Positions 46,686-61,684 of a stretch of 64,000 nucleotides of DNA are shown piece by piece. Every line of letters starts with the position of its first letter. Position 1 is the first letter of the stretch. Under the pieces are notes generated by a model. It was not told where the DNA came from, made no database searches, and was given only the letters and a program-made list of their open reading frames with translations. The stretch comes from Takakia lepidozioides (lineage: Eukaryota; Plantae; Bryophyta), in contig CM060733.1 in the NCBI GenBank assembly GCA_030704615.1, positions 29,388,001-29,452,000 on the forward strand, given 5' to 3'. Both the position numbers and the translations under genes were made by a program.

Positions 46686-47610
46686 CTCTTAATTTTGAAT
46701 AGGTTAGATGTTAGATCATCTAGTGCCTATTTTCCTTGGATCTGTCAGTTTTGTGCATGTGATCCTTATGTGATTTGTCTAGTCTACGGACCTAATGAAC
46801 TACATCCTGTTTAGGTTATTGTGTATGAAATATTCTTGCTACAACTGTCTTGAAGCGTATAGCAAATCAGGAAGCTCGAGCACTGCAGCAATGCCGAGCT
46901 CAGAGTGAAGCTGTGAAGGATTTGTAATCGATGGAACCTATACTCTCCGCAGCCCATCTATCCACAGCCCTTCTGGTGTCGATCATTCACGCTGAGACAA
47001 CAAAATGATTCGAAGCCTTTCGTCAGGGTTAAACCAGGAGGGATTAATATGCCACTCTTGGAGTGCCGGATCTGTCTGCTCCACTCACATTGAGGACGAT
47101 TTGAGATTTTGTTTTACATGGTGCCCAGTCAGTATCCGAGCAAGTATGCAATATGTCCGCCAACTGTGCAGTTGAAATCAAGAGAGGAGAGATCTGAGGC
47201 TCGCAATAATTACCTCGTGGATGTCTAGCTCAGCGTTAAACATAAGGAGTTGTAATTTAAAGATGTACACAAAGACAATCGCTCAAAGGTATGGACCCAT
47301 GGTCATAAAACCACGAATCTTTAGTTCATATCTATCTCTTCACCATGGCTGACTAGAACCTCATAATCATGCCAGCAACAGGTTAAGATCACATTAGTCC
47401 AATAGGAACAGCTTCTTGGACGCCTATAGTACAGGAGACTAAACTGTGTGAATAAACCACAAAATTGCTCCCTCAGGTGCTTCTACCGGATTGATCCTGT
47501 TGTACTGTGTATTTGAAACAGATCAAGAACTTTCTGGCACCTTCCTGCCAATCTATCCCACAAGGTTGAATTCAACTTTGATGCTCACAGGAAGGAGCAT
47601 GTATGTCTAC

Positions 47611-50600
47611 CTAGCTTCTGTCTGAATTCACAGGGGAGAAAGGGGGAGACACAGGTGGGGTTGGATTGAAATGGAAACTCTGGCGTCCACCCTCAGTGGG
47701 CGAAGCGGGTACAGTGGGGGAATGGATTGACTTGATGGACCCAGCCTCATCACTGTAGTTGCTCAAATCAGCTGCTTGTAGCTGTTTGCTAAGTGGGGTG
47801 GACAGATTGCTGAGAGGGGATATTCTGGAGAATGATACAGACAGTGAGGCAATAGTGCCTTTGTTCTCCACATGGAATTTATCGTATAAGAGCTTCACTA
47901 CTTGTCTCATTGTTGGCCGGGCCTTCCCCTCACTCTGCATCCATTGACAACCACAGTAGCTCGGTCAGGTTAAAGCATCCAACTATGGTGCCTGAATTCC
48001 AGGGTGGAGCTAATGACATACATTGAGGAGTGTCCGCGGACTATCAACTTTCTGGAGCTGCTTCTGGGGTTTCACCTCACCAGAGGATGAAATTCGCCAG
48101 TGCTTCCGCAACAATCCAGTCACAGTAGATGGTGTGTGGATACGTTAAAGTCTGGCATGTTGGGTGTTTGATCAGATAGCTTTCATAATACAAATCAGGA
48201 TGCAGATGTTGCTATAGTTGGTACCCTAGTATGCATAAACAAAGGTGTCACGAATGTGGTGTTATTGCACTGCAAGAGAGTGCAGCAAGGGAGACATAAA
48301 GGTTTGGAAGTACCTGGGTGCATATTTTGACAATAGAAACAAGACACAGTAGCTCTTCCAGATTGTAAGTATGCTCCAAGTCAGGGTCCACCATGAGAGT
48401 CACCTTGGCTTCATTGTCCATGTACTTTTGGGCCCAATCTACGAGCTTTGTATTCTCATGGACTGCACGTCTTGCTGTGATGAGTTCCAACAGCAGAACG
48501 CCATAGCTATACACATCGCTCTTCTCTGTCAACTCTTGCGTCACCACATACTCAGGATCCATGTAACCTGCTCACAAGCACCCCTTTTTTTAAGCTGGGA
48601 TGCAGCTTCGTGCTGGAAAACAAAGAATGCTAAGGAGCAGGGGGTGCAAGGCAGCGGGTGGAGTGACAGAAAGAGATTGGCATCATCTCCTAGAAACACC
48701 ATTTTGGGTATAATACTTTGCAGTTTGCTGCAGGATCCTACCTGGGGTGCCTCGGACGTCTGTGGTGACAGGCTCAAAGATGGAAGCCCCGCTTGGTGCA
48801 GCATGTGCCAAACCAAAGTCAGCAACCTGTCGGCCTCACTGTCAGACCCAGAGAGAGAAAGATATGAAAGAATAGAAGAAAAAAGAACTTTTTAAAAATG
48901 AGTATATATATTTTTACCTTGGCCACAAAATCCTCATCCAACAAGATGTTGCTTGACTTGATATCTCGGTGACAAAGTGGGGGGTCACAATATGAATGCA
49001 GGTATTCCTGCAGAAAGTTCAGCCACTCAGCCCTGTTGCAGTCAGCCACCTCCATCTTCAACGTATCACTGGTGAAACCACAACATCTTAGCCCTTTGGG
49101 TTGAAATGCAGAACTCATAATGACACTAAAGCTACAAGGGTTGGAAAGATACAGACTTTTTTTGAAAGGTGTTAATTGTCATTGTACATACTACTGACTG
49201 AAATAAGTCAATTGGAGAAACAAAAGTGCAGTTGACATACCAGGCCAGCTGCAACACCCATAGCAATCCGAAGCCTTGTTCGCCAGTTGAGTGCTGTTTT
49301 CAGATGAGCTGTGAAGAGACACATCTTCCCGATTGTAAAAGCTGCCATTTGATATATGAGTGTCTGAACATCTAGGTTGTTCGAGTCAGAAGACTTGCCA
49401 GAGAGATGACAGAAAGGGAAGAGAGCTACTCACCATGCAACTGCTCCTTCAGACTTCCGTTTTCCATGTACTCATAGACAAGAAACCTGCTTTCCCATAA
49501 CCAAATCCACCAGAAGTCACTATCCCTTGTTGTAGGAGCGAAGGTCAATACAGCAGTAGAAGATACGCTTGTGACCATCAGACAGGAAAATGGTGCAAAC
49601 AGTGCAGACAGAGGGGCACCTCTCATGTCTCTCTGCACAGAATCCTCGCAAAGTGACAAGGTGACGATGATGCAGGCGCCCCAATAGCTCCATCTCCTTA
49701 CAAAATCCTTGCTCCCCTTGATGGGTTCCCTTATTCATGCGCTTCACTGCTGCCACCAGACCGTCCTTGAACCGTGCTTTGTAGACCGTTCCAAATCCGC
49801 CGCGGCCAATGATGGTGCTGAAGTTGTCCGTCGCCCGCCTTATTTCATGCAATTTGAAATGCCTGAACAGTGGGGATGAATCTGCACTAGAAGCCAATGA
49901 GGACAATGTGAGACTTGCTCTTGTCCATCATTCCCCATGGATTATCTGGCTCTCGCTAGCTATAGTAAATTTGCTGCTTTCTTTCTTATTTCTTCTACCC
50001 ATGGGGGTTCTGCGTACAACCACAACATTACAGCAAGCTAAGTGTAATGATTGCATCATCCCTGCTCCCTCTCCTACTTGTATCCCATCGTCTCTATAAT
50101 TAAACATGAACAGATATCTCATTACCTTTACTCCAGTTGCGGATCTGGCTACGAGGTTTGCAAGTCACATCCTTGTTCCAAACAGGCATTCCCTTTCCTG
50201 TCAGGGGCTTGGGTTCACGACGGTCCTTATTCTTGCGCTGTATGAGGAGAATTAGCAGTAACAACAATGTTAGGGCGAGGCCTGTGACCACCACCCCGAT
50301 GGCCAAAACGATTGACAGCCGACTGGTTGACCGGGCATCTGTGGTTGACAGAAGAGTATCAGCAGAGTGAGGGGGGGCAGTCAGAGCTGGCCGTCGGGGT
50401 TGTGGGGAGGCCTTCGGGGTAAGTGCTTTCTCTGTTGGCACCAACAATGCATGAGAGGGCCATAGCTTTATTAGAATTAGCTCGAAGTCTTGGGTTATTA
50501 TTATCTACCACATGAAAATCAGACAATATTACCATGCTACAGTGCTCTTACAATCAGACATCTAATCCACAAATTGAGCTTGTGTCATATCAGTAGGATG

Positions 50601-53452
50601 AGCCAAGAGAAGAAAAATGAGAGGAAAAAGCATCAACATGAGGCCAGAGCTCCTATGGAGCCTAGAAGCAAGTAGTCTCTACCACTCTCTCTCTTTTCCC
50701 TCCCTCCTTGCCAGTTCCCAGACACCTCTGCCCCAACCTGCCATCAACTACATGAGGATTTCATTTTTAGGAGGGAGCTCATGTTGTGACGTTCTACACT
50801 CCTAATACCTTACCTGGAAGGGCATACAGGCAGTCCCCAGTTTCAGTGGCCTCGGCTGCAGTGGCATTGCTAGCCAGTGCCAGAAAGACCAAATCAGTGC
50901 AGCTTTGCAGCACTGTTGGGTCCAGAATGGAACCCCCCAATGAGGCACCAGCAGCATATGTGGCATCCAAGACACCTTTCCGGCATGTGTCACATGAATT
51001 GATGGCCTGCTTGCAAGCCATCTCAATGCCCAAGAAATTGATGCCTTGTTTGTTAACAACTCGAATAAGCTCTTCCTTGGTCGAGATACCATAACAACCA
51101 CGCGTGGACACTTGGAAGATTTCCTCTGATGAAATATTGCATGCCTGGAAGCTCAATTGAGAGAGCTTAAGGTCTCTCATGCTGGTCTCAAGGTTTTTAA
51201 TACATCTGGCCCCTTGTCTGTTGGAAACTACAAAGGCACCAGAGGTGGAAGCCATTTGTGTGATACCAACTCTGAGAGCCAGTAGACCTGAAGAGCAGCA
51301 AGCATACAGGTCTCCACTCGATGTATTGCATGCGGTTGCTACATTCTGAACTTGCCATGGGGGAAGTTCAAAGGGGCACTCTGCAAGGATAGAACATTTC
51401 GCACTGTGAAAATCAAGAACTGTGGATAGGATGCCCTCATCAGTGTAAGTATTTGCCATGCGAAGATGTCCTTGTGCCATTGTGTGCCCCACAGGATACA
51501 GGCCAACCGTACGGAACAGTCATTGCTCCCCTACACCCGAAAAAGTCTGTTTCGCAAGATTGAGGCTTATCTTAATAGCTTCTAACACAACTTTCCAAGT
51601 TTTTAGTGGTAGTACTGTAGCAGGAGACGTGGTTCCATTAAGCAAAGTTCAGAGTCAGAGTATCATGGATGTCTTCCCCCCTATAATCCAACTTGTTGTG
51701 ATAGGGAAGGACAAGATGAGATGCTCTTCGGTTTCAATCCCTGTCATCTCTACCGCAAACTGGGATCAAGAGGTCAGCACACTCCCGGTTGTCCCATCTA
51801 CGAGTCTCTATCCGTAGGCTGTGTGAGAAAAAAAGAACAAATTGCTAATGAGAGCAAGGAGAGATGATGGAAAGTGCACGACAGGTGAGGAGTAGCCCAA
51901 GAAGTACTAATGCATGTGCTAGAGCAGGAGTGTGCACTAACCACTTTGCTGTTGCAACGGAGTTTGAAGCTGGAAGAAGCAGTTGGCTCTCTGCATGGCG
52001 TAATCTGAGTCTCCGAGACTAGCCACTGACAGAAAGGCTGCGTATGCACATGATTTCCATGTGCTTAGATCTCCCCCCACACCTAGCAAGCTGCTTAGAA
52101 ATCTCTGATTTGCATCCAAGCACTTGCCACATGAGGCTCCTGTCAGATTTTGACTGGCACATGACAAAACTACACTGTCAAATCCAGGACCCCTGGAGAT
52201 GGCTGAAACTGTAGTGAAGTTTTTGCAAGGTGAATCAGGGCCGACTCCAGCTCTTAGACCACAGAAAGTGGAGACATTTGCTTGGATGCTGTTGGCTTGC
52301 AGGGTGCTGTTCAAGTAAAGCTTGCAGGGTTCAGTGATATCAGGAGAGAGACCAAGATTGTTGGTTGTGTTGGAATATTGCGAAATGGCTACAGCCACAA
52401 GTGCCTTCAGGTGGCTACAGCAGCTTCCATAGTTGGGTCTCGTGCATGCTGATGTAGCCTCTGTGAAGTCCAAGCCACTGAAATCAAGCGGACAGGCTGC
52501 AAAGAGATCGAGAAACAGCTCAGTTTATGGAAATAACATACACCAAGAGAGGTCTGATCGATACATGCGTTGCATTTCACTGACATTCTGCAGGAGCACT
52601 CGAACATACTGACACGAGACTCCCTCCAACCAACAACCATCAAGGAATTAAGATGTAGGATCTGTGTTCTTGACAGATCCAGTAATTGCATCCAAACAAT
52701 GTATTGGAAGTCAAATTGTGTTGACAAAAAGTGTGAGTGAAACTTTCAGGCATGACCCTGCTTGTAAATTTTTGAGTATTTTGTGCTTAATCTTCAAAGG
52801 CCTTAATCTATGTACGTTTCATGCCGAGCTCTCCAGTCGCACATTACCTTCACGAGGGGGGCTCTACGTTAGTGCAACGTGAGATTTCCTGGCTTACCCG
52901 TGGACGTCATGAAGTTCGTTTCTTTCTTTTTTTACCCTCTGGAATGCGACTTAAATGATGAGAACGCCATATCTCTTCCAGTCCATCAGAGCCTTATGAT
53001 TTTGGTGTTGGAGATCCCATTAGGAACCTTTTCTTATTCCAGAGGCCCTCGGGTTCCAGTGAACGCAGTGCAACTTCTTTCCTCTGCTCCCATAATTCGG
53101 GTAACGATGATGCCCCCTGTTGTCCTCCTTCCCACCTTCCCCTTACCTTACGTTTCACTCTGAGTTATCTTTGTGATCTATTCCCACAAGAATGTATGGA
53201 AAATGGTAAGCATGCCAACATAGTCTCATGGGCTTCCCCCCTCATCCCTGAAGCCTCCCCCAGATAATCACCAGGAGGATCAACGAGCCTAGACAAGAAC
53301 TACAACACAACAGAGTGTCATGTGATGATCTTACCTGACGGAAGCCCATTTGTTATGTAACTCCAGACACAGAGCAGCGTGAACCATATGCCCAGCGCCC
53401 CTCTGTGCCGTCCCATCACTGCCGGCGATGCACCCGTCAGTTCAAATTGCAT
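47611..53452 (-). CDS. Receptor-like Ser/Thr kinase with two SPARK-like ectodomains (At1g49730-like), 11 exons
   Basis: Exons 53452-53335, 52496-51942, 51380-50814, 50431-50126, 49881-49620, 49486-49434, 49308-49241, 49007-48918, 48826-48742, 48567-48314, 47934-47611. All introns are GT-AG and phase-compatible. Signal peptide, CPLDF/CPFEL Cys-rich domains, TM helix, [30 protein letters not shown]. Confidence 0.93.
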
Positions 53453-54765
53453 AGTTTTCGCAATGACATCACTTTCTGCATCGCAGGACAAAATTTCAAT
53501 CTCCTGGGTTTTTCGTCGAGAGCAGGCGGCAAATAGATGGGCTGTCTCTCTCTTTTCCCTGTCTTTCTCAAAGCAGCGCCTGAATGTGAAGCTTAATCAT
53601 GTTGGGTGCAAATAAGTGCCAGAGCTATGGCAGTGAAGCTTAGTGTCAATCCATTGGGAGAAGTTATACCCTGGCAGGGTATTCTACGCTTATGAATCTC
53701 TCTCCCTCACAATCGTGAATGAGGGCACCCAATTTTAACGTTGAAAATTGAGCTCACAACATACCTCAGGTGGACTTCTATACGACAGCCCAAGAGAATG
53801 TTACCACACGATACAACAAGTTCCTAGAGCAAATTTAAAGTAGAGATCAGAGAAGACTGGGGCGGAAGCCAGCGTAGGACAAAGTACACGCTAAGTTGAT
53901 CTTGCTGTAAATGTTAGACACATTCATGTATGGCGGAGTTAGTGCCAATGCACCACAATATCAAGGAGCTGTCTACCTGCACAAAATGATTTTTGTTTCT
54001 TCTTCTCAGTAGAGCTGAATGACCTCCACTTCAAGCAAGACCTCCTTCCAGCTCCCTTCCAGACCTCCCACTGAGATCAGGAGAAGGCTTCCTCCTTTGT
54101 TCACCCCTGTTTAACGTGGCCATGAGACTGCTCCAGCTCATGCCCATAGTACACTGTCCTTTAGCCATCAGAGCCTGATGAAATCGACACATGTGGCCCA
54201 CATAGATGGTTGCTTTGGTTCCATCAGATCCAAGTATTTATAGACCCGTGACTCTCAGTTAAAGAAAATGCAGTCAGTCCTGTCCGCACTATCTAAACTA
54301 AACCAGGCCTTCAAATTTCCATGCAGGCGTACCGTAAGAAGACCTCGAAAGAGTTCTGAAATTTGGTCTCTTTCTGCTGTCCCACTCTTTGAACAGCACT
54401 TGGATCTGTGACACCTTTCTTCAAAACGGTGTACTACAAGTGTATTCATCATGTACACAGTTCACCCTCTTTCTTCACCCATTGCTTCTCCAAGCCTCCC
54501 TCCACCAAGTCTATCCCTGCTCTTATGCGCTCCAGGTGCGCTCCCCCCTCTCCCACACAGTACTACGTACCCACCTCTAGCTCAGCTCTGGCTGTCCTCT
54601 CCAGACTACTGCACTAAGATCGTCTACCCTCCTCTCGCGAGTTGGGAACTCCGTTAGCACAACAAAACACATTATACTTTCCTACTCGCTACCTTCCCTC
54701 CTCTGGCCCTCCCGCAACCGACCAAAAAGCTACACACTGATCTCATCATTTCCCCTCTTCTCTTC

Positions 54766-54990
54766 TCGGAGAGAAGTAACTCCGTCTCTCCTTCTATTTT
54801 GTGGGTTCTCTAAACTAGTGAATGCTCCAGACTCAAGTCTCACCCCCGTGGGAGAGTGATGGGCGAAGGGGTGACGCATTCGGAGAGAAGTAACTCCATC
54901 TCTCCTTCTATTTTGTGGGTTCTCTAAACTAGTGAATGCTCCAGATGCCCCGTGGGAGAGTGATGGGCGACAGAGGGTGACGCAGTCGGG
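54766..54990. repeat. Tandem duplication of a ~114-bp unit upstream of the RLK
   Basis: TCGGAGAGAAGTAACTCC...GAATGCTCCAGA...CCCCGTGGGAGAGTGATGGGCGA occurs twice. Confidence 0.85.
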
Positions 54991-57900
54991 AACGCACCCC
55001 GAGAGTAATTGGCAGTTGGCCGTTAATTCACTAGAGTGCCTCCCACCTCTTTGCATATCTCCACACTCTAAACCTAAGGCAGGTACGAAAAAGCTGTTCA
55101 TTTATGATCTGATCAGATGTTCCAACGCAGCTGTTACATGCATTTTTTTTGCAGTATGGAGTTACCACAAACAGGAATAGTTCCTTGCCAAGAATTGCCG
55201 CAGTTGGAACAATGAGAAGCTACGTCTTTGCTTTGCGGCCATGTTGATTGGGGCCTCCTGAGATGAGGATCATATTACACCTTACCTAAGATCAGGCTTT
55301 GATCACCTCCTGAGTCCTCCCTTTCCATTTGTCAGTCTTATTAATCCCGACTTAGGACCACATCATCATAACTCTCTCTGTCAACTTCTGTGTACCTACA
55401 TCCTCAAGTAGAGTCAGTATACGTTGGAGAAACATTGGCTTGCAGAGCCTGGCACAACCTTCCAAATTGCTCCTGGAAGAAGAATTAACCCAGTTCCTTA
55501 ATACTCCAATTAAGACTCTGCTGATGGAATTTGTACTGTGTTTCTTCCATAATCCATGCCAATCTCTGCTACAAAACACTAACAAACAGAGACTCACAGA
55601 GGAAGAATGCAAAACAGTGTTGCTTAACGAGGTCCGTAATCTCATTTAAGACATCAATACTCAGTCTGCAGTCTGCACCGCCACCAAGCAAACTTAACTT
55701 TCTGGCATTAATGTCACTCTGGTAACTTTATTCCCAAGTAGTTATAGAAATTATGGCTCACTTATATACACAAGGTACATAGTCAGGTACGTAAGTAGTC
55801 GCTTGTGAAATTTGATGTCATACTATCAAGACATGAAGTGTAGAGTACTTTACTACTTTGCTGTATGTATGCAGCATACTCATACTCATCATATATGTAC
55901 AAACAAGTGTGATAGATTGTTTTTTGAAAAGGCCAATGAGTAAACTTAGAAAGGCTTAAGAACTAGGATTTTAAGTCAACAGTGTGAACACATTCTATCC
56001 TTTGTTGTCGACCGCATTACACATATTGAACAGTAATAGGAGGCCCGGGTTTTAGTTTTTTTCCTTAACCAGCACCCATGGTCGACAAACAGGAAGTCCA
56101 ATGTACAAGGGACACCAATGAACCTCATCAGCATCTGGGAAAAAATTTGAGTTGAATTAGTCGGTGGCCCCTCATTCTGAGAACCAACAGGCTAAGTGGG
56201 TTGGGGAGTTGATTACTTCCCCTTAGTGGTAACTACAATTGTCAATTTCCTAGGTGAACTTCCTCGATAAATTTCCTAAGGTTTCAATTATCAATCGAAA
56301 ATTCCTCAAAACCACTCGGCTAGCATGTAACTGGCTGCCGGTTCATGATGTTACCTTTAAATAAGTCCTTAGACCGGAAAATGCAAACATATAAGAGTAT
56401 CATCTGGCCGTGACGATTGCATTGAGATGTGTTGCAATCACTCATACAATAATTGTATTGTTACCCCTTCATAAGAGTGGAACTCAAAGTGCCCAAGGAT
56501 TGAATGAAACATGCGACCGGACCTATCCACCGACTTAAAAGAAAGAGTTGATGCCAATTGGGCCTCTTCACCTTGCAGGTATAGTGTCTTTTTGGGGGTT
56601 GGGTCTACCGTCCGGACAACGAAACAATATTGTCATGAACGATCATTTATAACATTGTTCAAACTTCAGGCAGTTGGGTCAACTGGCTACCCAATGTTAT
56701 CTGGAGTATTTGGGTGTATCAAGTCCTCTCGCAATTGCAGTCCCCTGGTTACAAGTTACAACTGCGGTTACAACGGTTTGGGAAAAATGAAGGCAGTAGT
56801 CTTTCCGGATGAAGTGTCACCATAAGTTAGGCTTGCTTCAACAAGAGTCAACATTTTCTTTTTCCTCCTTGAACTTGAAATTTTATGTAAGCTTATGTGT
56901 AATGTATGTGAAACACTGACCTAGAATGTGGGCATCATTTCCCTAGGTTTATTGCACTTGTGTGGGAGCTACTCACTTCTACACAAGAAAAATGGTAAAG
57001 TTCATCCAGGGCCTCTGTCCCAGGTTCAGCAAGAAAAACAAAAAAATGGAGGTAATGTACGTAAGTATGTATCTAAGTTACTAGTCTGCACTGATCAAAC
57101 CTCAGTCCTCCATCTCTGCCCTCTGACACCCCAAGGACACCCTGACACTACCATCTTAAAAAAACCCAAACCCTCCAGCTCCCATCATTCCAACAACACT
57201 TTCTTCCAGATAGTACCAAAGTCGTCCCTGGGAGCTGAGCAGGAGACAACTGACACACACAACAATTGCATCTACGGTGTTTACTACCAAGCAATTTACT
57301 TCAAAGTTCACTAATCCTTCAAGAATGCTGAAATTTCTTGTGACATGCCTGAAGGGAGGCCTAAGTTCACAAAGGCACAACCGTCCAATAGGATTGGTAG
57401 TTTGTGCTAGTCATAATACTAGGACACTGCCATTCCTGCATCCTGAACCTGATAATAAGCAAGCTGCAACAAATATTGGTGGGAGCCTGACACAACTTCT
57501 AGCAAGAAACTGAGAATGTTGACTGGCAGGCAGCAAGGCCTCCATGGACCAGAGCCATAATGCTCCAGGTACCACCTGTGCGACCGATGTCCTTCAAGGT
57601 CATGTGATTTGATGCCTTTTAATTGGGCTTTCAGCCTTAAACAGTTTTTTTGTTAGGTTCTCTAGTTGGGTTCTGGCAGAATTTTTCCATGGGGGGTTTT
57701 CTCCTAGCGGCAGTTTGTGGTAAGTGATAACATACATTCTTTGTTTCAGATAACCCAGTGTCAAAGGCTGACTCTCAACTGGGAAGAAATGTTTGTTGTG
57801 ATACTTTGAGTTTGTCGTCCATGGACCTTTGACAATATAATCTGAGATCCTAAGATGTAAGAGGACGACGAAATCCTAACAGTAACCAAGCCAAGAGCAC

Positions 57901-58306
57901 CAAATTTTCTGCAAGATTTGCCACCAGGGGAAGTACTTAAGCTATAGGACGCTCAGGTCAAGCACTCGAGGTGAAGTCAAACTAAAGTGATCATCTCTAA
58001 CACCACAAGTAGGCATTCCCGCCTGACTCGAGGTTAGTACCCAAACCTGCAATGAGCACCAAGCATGTGATCACCACCTGCCTCACTGCCCACTTCCCAC
58101 TATGCACTGGCTCTGCCTCTGTGTGCTCGGGAGGCCATGAACTATCCCTGCAACTGTACCGCCATGGCATAGAGATATCCATACTTTATTTATGGAGAGA
58201 GAGAGAGAGAGACCGCTCCATTTTGGAGGCCTTTTTCCTCTGTGGACCTCCAAGGGCCCTAGTTAGTTGACCCGGTGAGGGAGATGACTAATTTGGATGC
58301 ATAGAG

Positions 58307-59492
58307 TATAGGAAATATACAACTCAGATGTTGCTCAGATTCAACAACAACTCATATAGTTCTCAATGTTTCACTTGTCTCGCAGATACACAGTCACAAC
58401 CAGTTCTATTTCATCTCATAGCTAGATTCTAGGAGAGGTGTCTACTGGCCATTTATAATTGAATGTTGAAGCTGCAACTAATAACATCTTCATATCTCTA
58501 GATTTCTAGCACTCCACCTGCAGCAAAACACTCAATTGATCATCATGATCTTTTAAACTCTCTGTGTCTTCAACCTTGGTTTCATGATCAGCACTTCAGA
58601 AAGACAATGTGACAATCTTCTTCTCATGGTTGTATACATCCATGAGGTCCATTCTTGACACTTCTATTCCTAGATCCTGTTAAGAAATCCTAGGCTTAAA
58701 GACAAACATGCAAAGTTTGCTTCCTACTACTTCTTTGAAGATTAATTCTTCCTTATTCCCTTCTTCCTTCTTAGCATCTTCAGCTATCCTTTTCTTCCCT
58801 TGTGACCAAATTTCCACAATGATGACATTTGAGTACTTTCTTCCTTGATTCATATTTTTCTTACTTGATCTCTTCCATTAATAGTGCACCCACAACTGTA
58901 TTAAGTGTAAGATCTACATTCGTCATCATTGCACTTCTTACCCTTCTCTCTCTCTTTCCTAGCTGCTAGATCTGCTTGTGCTGCAGTCACTACGGGTCGA
59001 GGTACACGCCCATCCACTATTTCCCAATTCTCTTTCTTCCACATTATTTTGCATTCGAATAACTATCCATTCCATAATTAGAACAGTTAAATGTATCTAT
59101 CCCTCTCAAATCAGGAGAGAAGTTATATGTGACATTTGGGGCATTTGCACCACCTCCAGGACTACCCGCACCAGTGGTGCAACTTGTTCCTGTTGACATT
59201 TTTACCTCATCTTTTTCCCTCGCTACGACTCTCATTTCTTGAGTTCTAATATATGAGCCCAGCTTGGCTCTCATACCATGTAGAAAATCTATAACTGATC
59301 CAAGATCTCTCCAAGATTCAACAATAACTCATATATTTGTCAATGTCTGACTTATCCCTTTTATACACACTGAATAGTCACAACCAGTTCTATCTCATCG
59401 CATAGCTAGATTCTAAGAGGTATGTCTACTGGCCACTTATACTTGCAGGTTGAATCTGCAACTAGCTTCTTCATATCTCTAGATTTCTAACT
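58307..59492 (-). mobile_element. Old non-autonomous LTR element (TRIM-like)
   Basis: Diverged LTRs 58307-58511 and 59279-59492, TAGAG 5-bp TSD, Met-i-type PBS TGGTATGAGAGC, purine tract AGGTGGAG. Confidence 0.82.
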
Positions 59493-60289
59493 TAGAGGTC
59501 TGTGAATGGCAGTTTCAACGGTGATGAAGTGAGACAAGGATAGGAACACCCCATCAGAACCTATGTAGGAATGATAAATTCAAACTGTCATATTACTACT
59601 CCTTATCTTGGGCAGAAGCAGATTATCCTCCCTGAAGTGTCTCCGAATTTGATGTCATTTCAGTAGTTTTGGAGTCCATCTCTTAACAAAAATGTCAACG
59701 CAGTGGTGGGTCTCCATGGTGATAGAGTTTTTATAGCCACATGAAAGGGTTGAGGTGGAGGCATCTTACATTCACCACATAGGCATTGAAGTTTGGTCAC
59801 TTCTGAGATGATAGATGGATGGCAAATACTTTGTAGTTTGGGAATCAGGTTTTCAGTGAAGTTTTATGGGAAATTTACTACTGCATTTCTCTTTTGTATT
59901 GGAAGCTAGTTACTGTCTCTATTGAACTATGTTTCAACCTTTAAAATTTGCTCTGCAGTAAGCCCCTACATAACTTCAATCCTCAAAGGATTCAACAGCT
60001 AAAACTGGACATTGAAAGCTTGCTGCTGAAATCCTCTACAGAGTGTGAAATCCTTCAAGGCAAAAGCTTCAATATTTTCTCCATCTCAACTTTTTTTACC
60101 ATACTTGACCTTCGGGCCCCACTCTCTCATATATTGCAACCAGGGAGGTTCTTCCGGCGCAGCCTTCTCACCTCTCTTTGCTATGTAGTCAGCAGAAAAA
60201 ATCTGCTATGCAAAGTATCACACTTGATTATCTGCATAAGAATGAAGACATATAGTCATCAGCAGTTCCATGTTGATTGTGAAATACAA

Positions 60290-60990
60290 CTACCAGTGTA
60301 GCCCATGGAAGTGGACCTGCCAATGAGAATCCTGTGGTTCAGTTTGCAGTCTTGCAAAAAATGGAGGTCTCATGGGCACAAAGAAGAAACATAAGAGGAG
60401 GGATGGAGAAAAAATTAAGCTTCTAATGGAAACAGCCATTGAAGTTCTCAAATGAATTTTTCCCCAAAGACAGAGAGGCCTCACCTGGAACCTTCTGATG
60501 GTGTCGATGCCAAGATTGCTACACGCTATGTCGCCCACCCAACTGTTTCAACATCTGCAAAGCCTCCCTACCACACCCATTCTGAGTATATCCTGCAATC
60601 ATAGCAGTCCATGACACCACATTTCGTTCAGTCAAATTGTTGAACAGTTGATGTGCATCCTTTCCACTCCCACATTTAGCATACATGTCAACAGGGTATT
60701 CCCCAGAATGATGTTGGGAACAATCCCTTCTTTGATGATGTCAGCATGGACCTCTTTCCCCTTTCCAGGACTCCAAGGCTAGCAGGTGCATTTAGAACAC
60801 AAATGAATGTGATCTGGTTCGGTCTCACCCTTCCCAAATCATTTGCTCATATGTCTCCCAAGCCTCCGTACCACACCCATGTTGAGTGCAATCAGCAAAC
60901 TCCATGCCACCGTAATATCTAGCATGATCCATCGTTGATGATGTCAGCGTGGACCTCTTTACCCTTTTCAAGGCTTTTCAAGGGCCATCT
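60290..60990 (-). pseudogene. PLS-type PPR gene remnants
   Basis: GKEVHADII motif twice, IILGNTL and PNQITFICVLNA motifs; heavily frameshifted. Confidence 0.6.
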
Positions 60991-61628
60991 TCCTACAATA
61001 CATACTACACCTCAGTGCAAGTAGCTGACAACGACAACACATAACTCACAGAAAAGACACATCACCCCAGCCTGCAATCCACTATTTTCTATGCTGATTC
61101 AGTAGCAAAATTTGAAAACCAAGTGAGTTGGTGTATATGTGTGTGAAGAAATGAAATGAAATGAAATGGTGCTTTATATCGTCCGCGGAAAGCTCATAGA
61201 GCTTCTGGGACAAAAAAGAGAGAGAATATATATCCCCAATGGAATACTAAACCTCCCAGGTCAGTACGGCCGTAGAGAGAGAAAGATCCGGGCACGGTCA
61301 GGCCATGGTAAAGCAATTCTCCAGAATTATAGCAGTTTGGGAGATATTGACCGACCAGACTACGAAACTCTGACCTAAATTGCCATAGCACGCGGAAAAT
61401 CCAAATGCAGTATCAACTCCAGTATTTGATTGAGCATTTGTAAGAATACTAAATTTCACGTTAGATGCAGGATGCTTTGGAGACCTATGATCAAATGATG
61501 CGGGAAAATGAGGCCTGATATAAGCCTGAATTTAAAAGGTGGAACATTGCTGAGCCAATCACCGCGAATGAAACATTTTGGTTCTTGAGAGAAAGAAAGG
61601 AGCTGTGTGTGTACATGTTAGTCTGTGA

Positions 61629-61684
<56 letters not shown>

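Noticed and set aside
61629-61681. (GT)n(GA)n, (AT)n at ~16866 and AG-rich tracts at ~25745
   Set aside because: Ordinary microsatellites.
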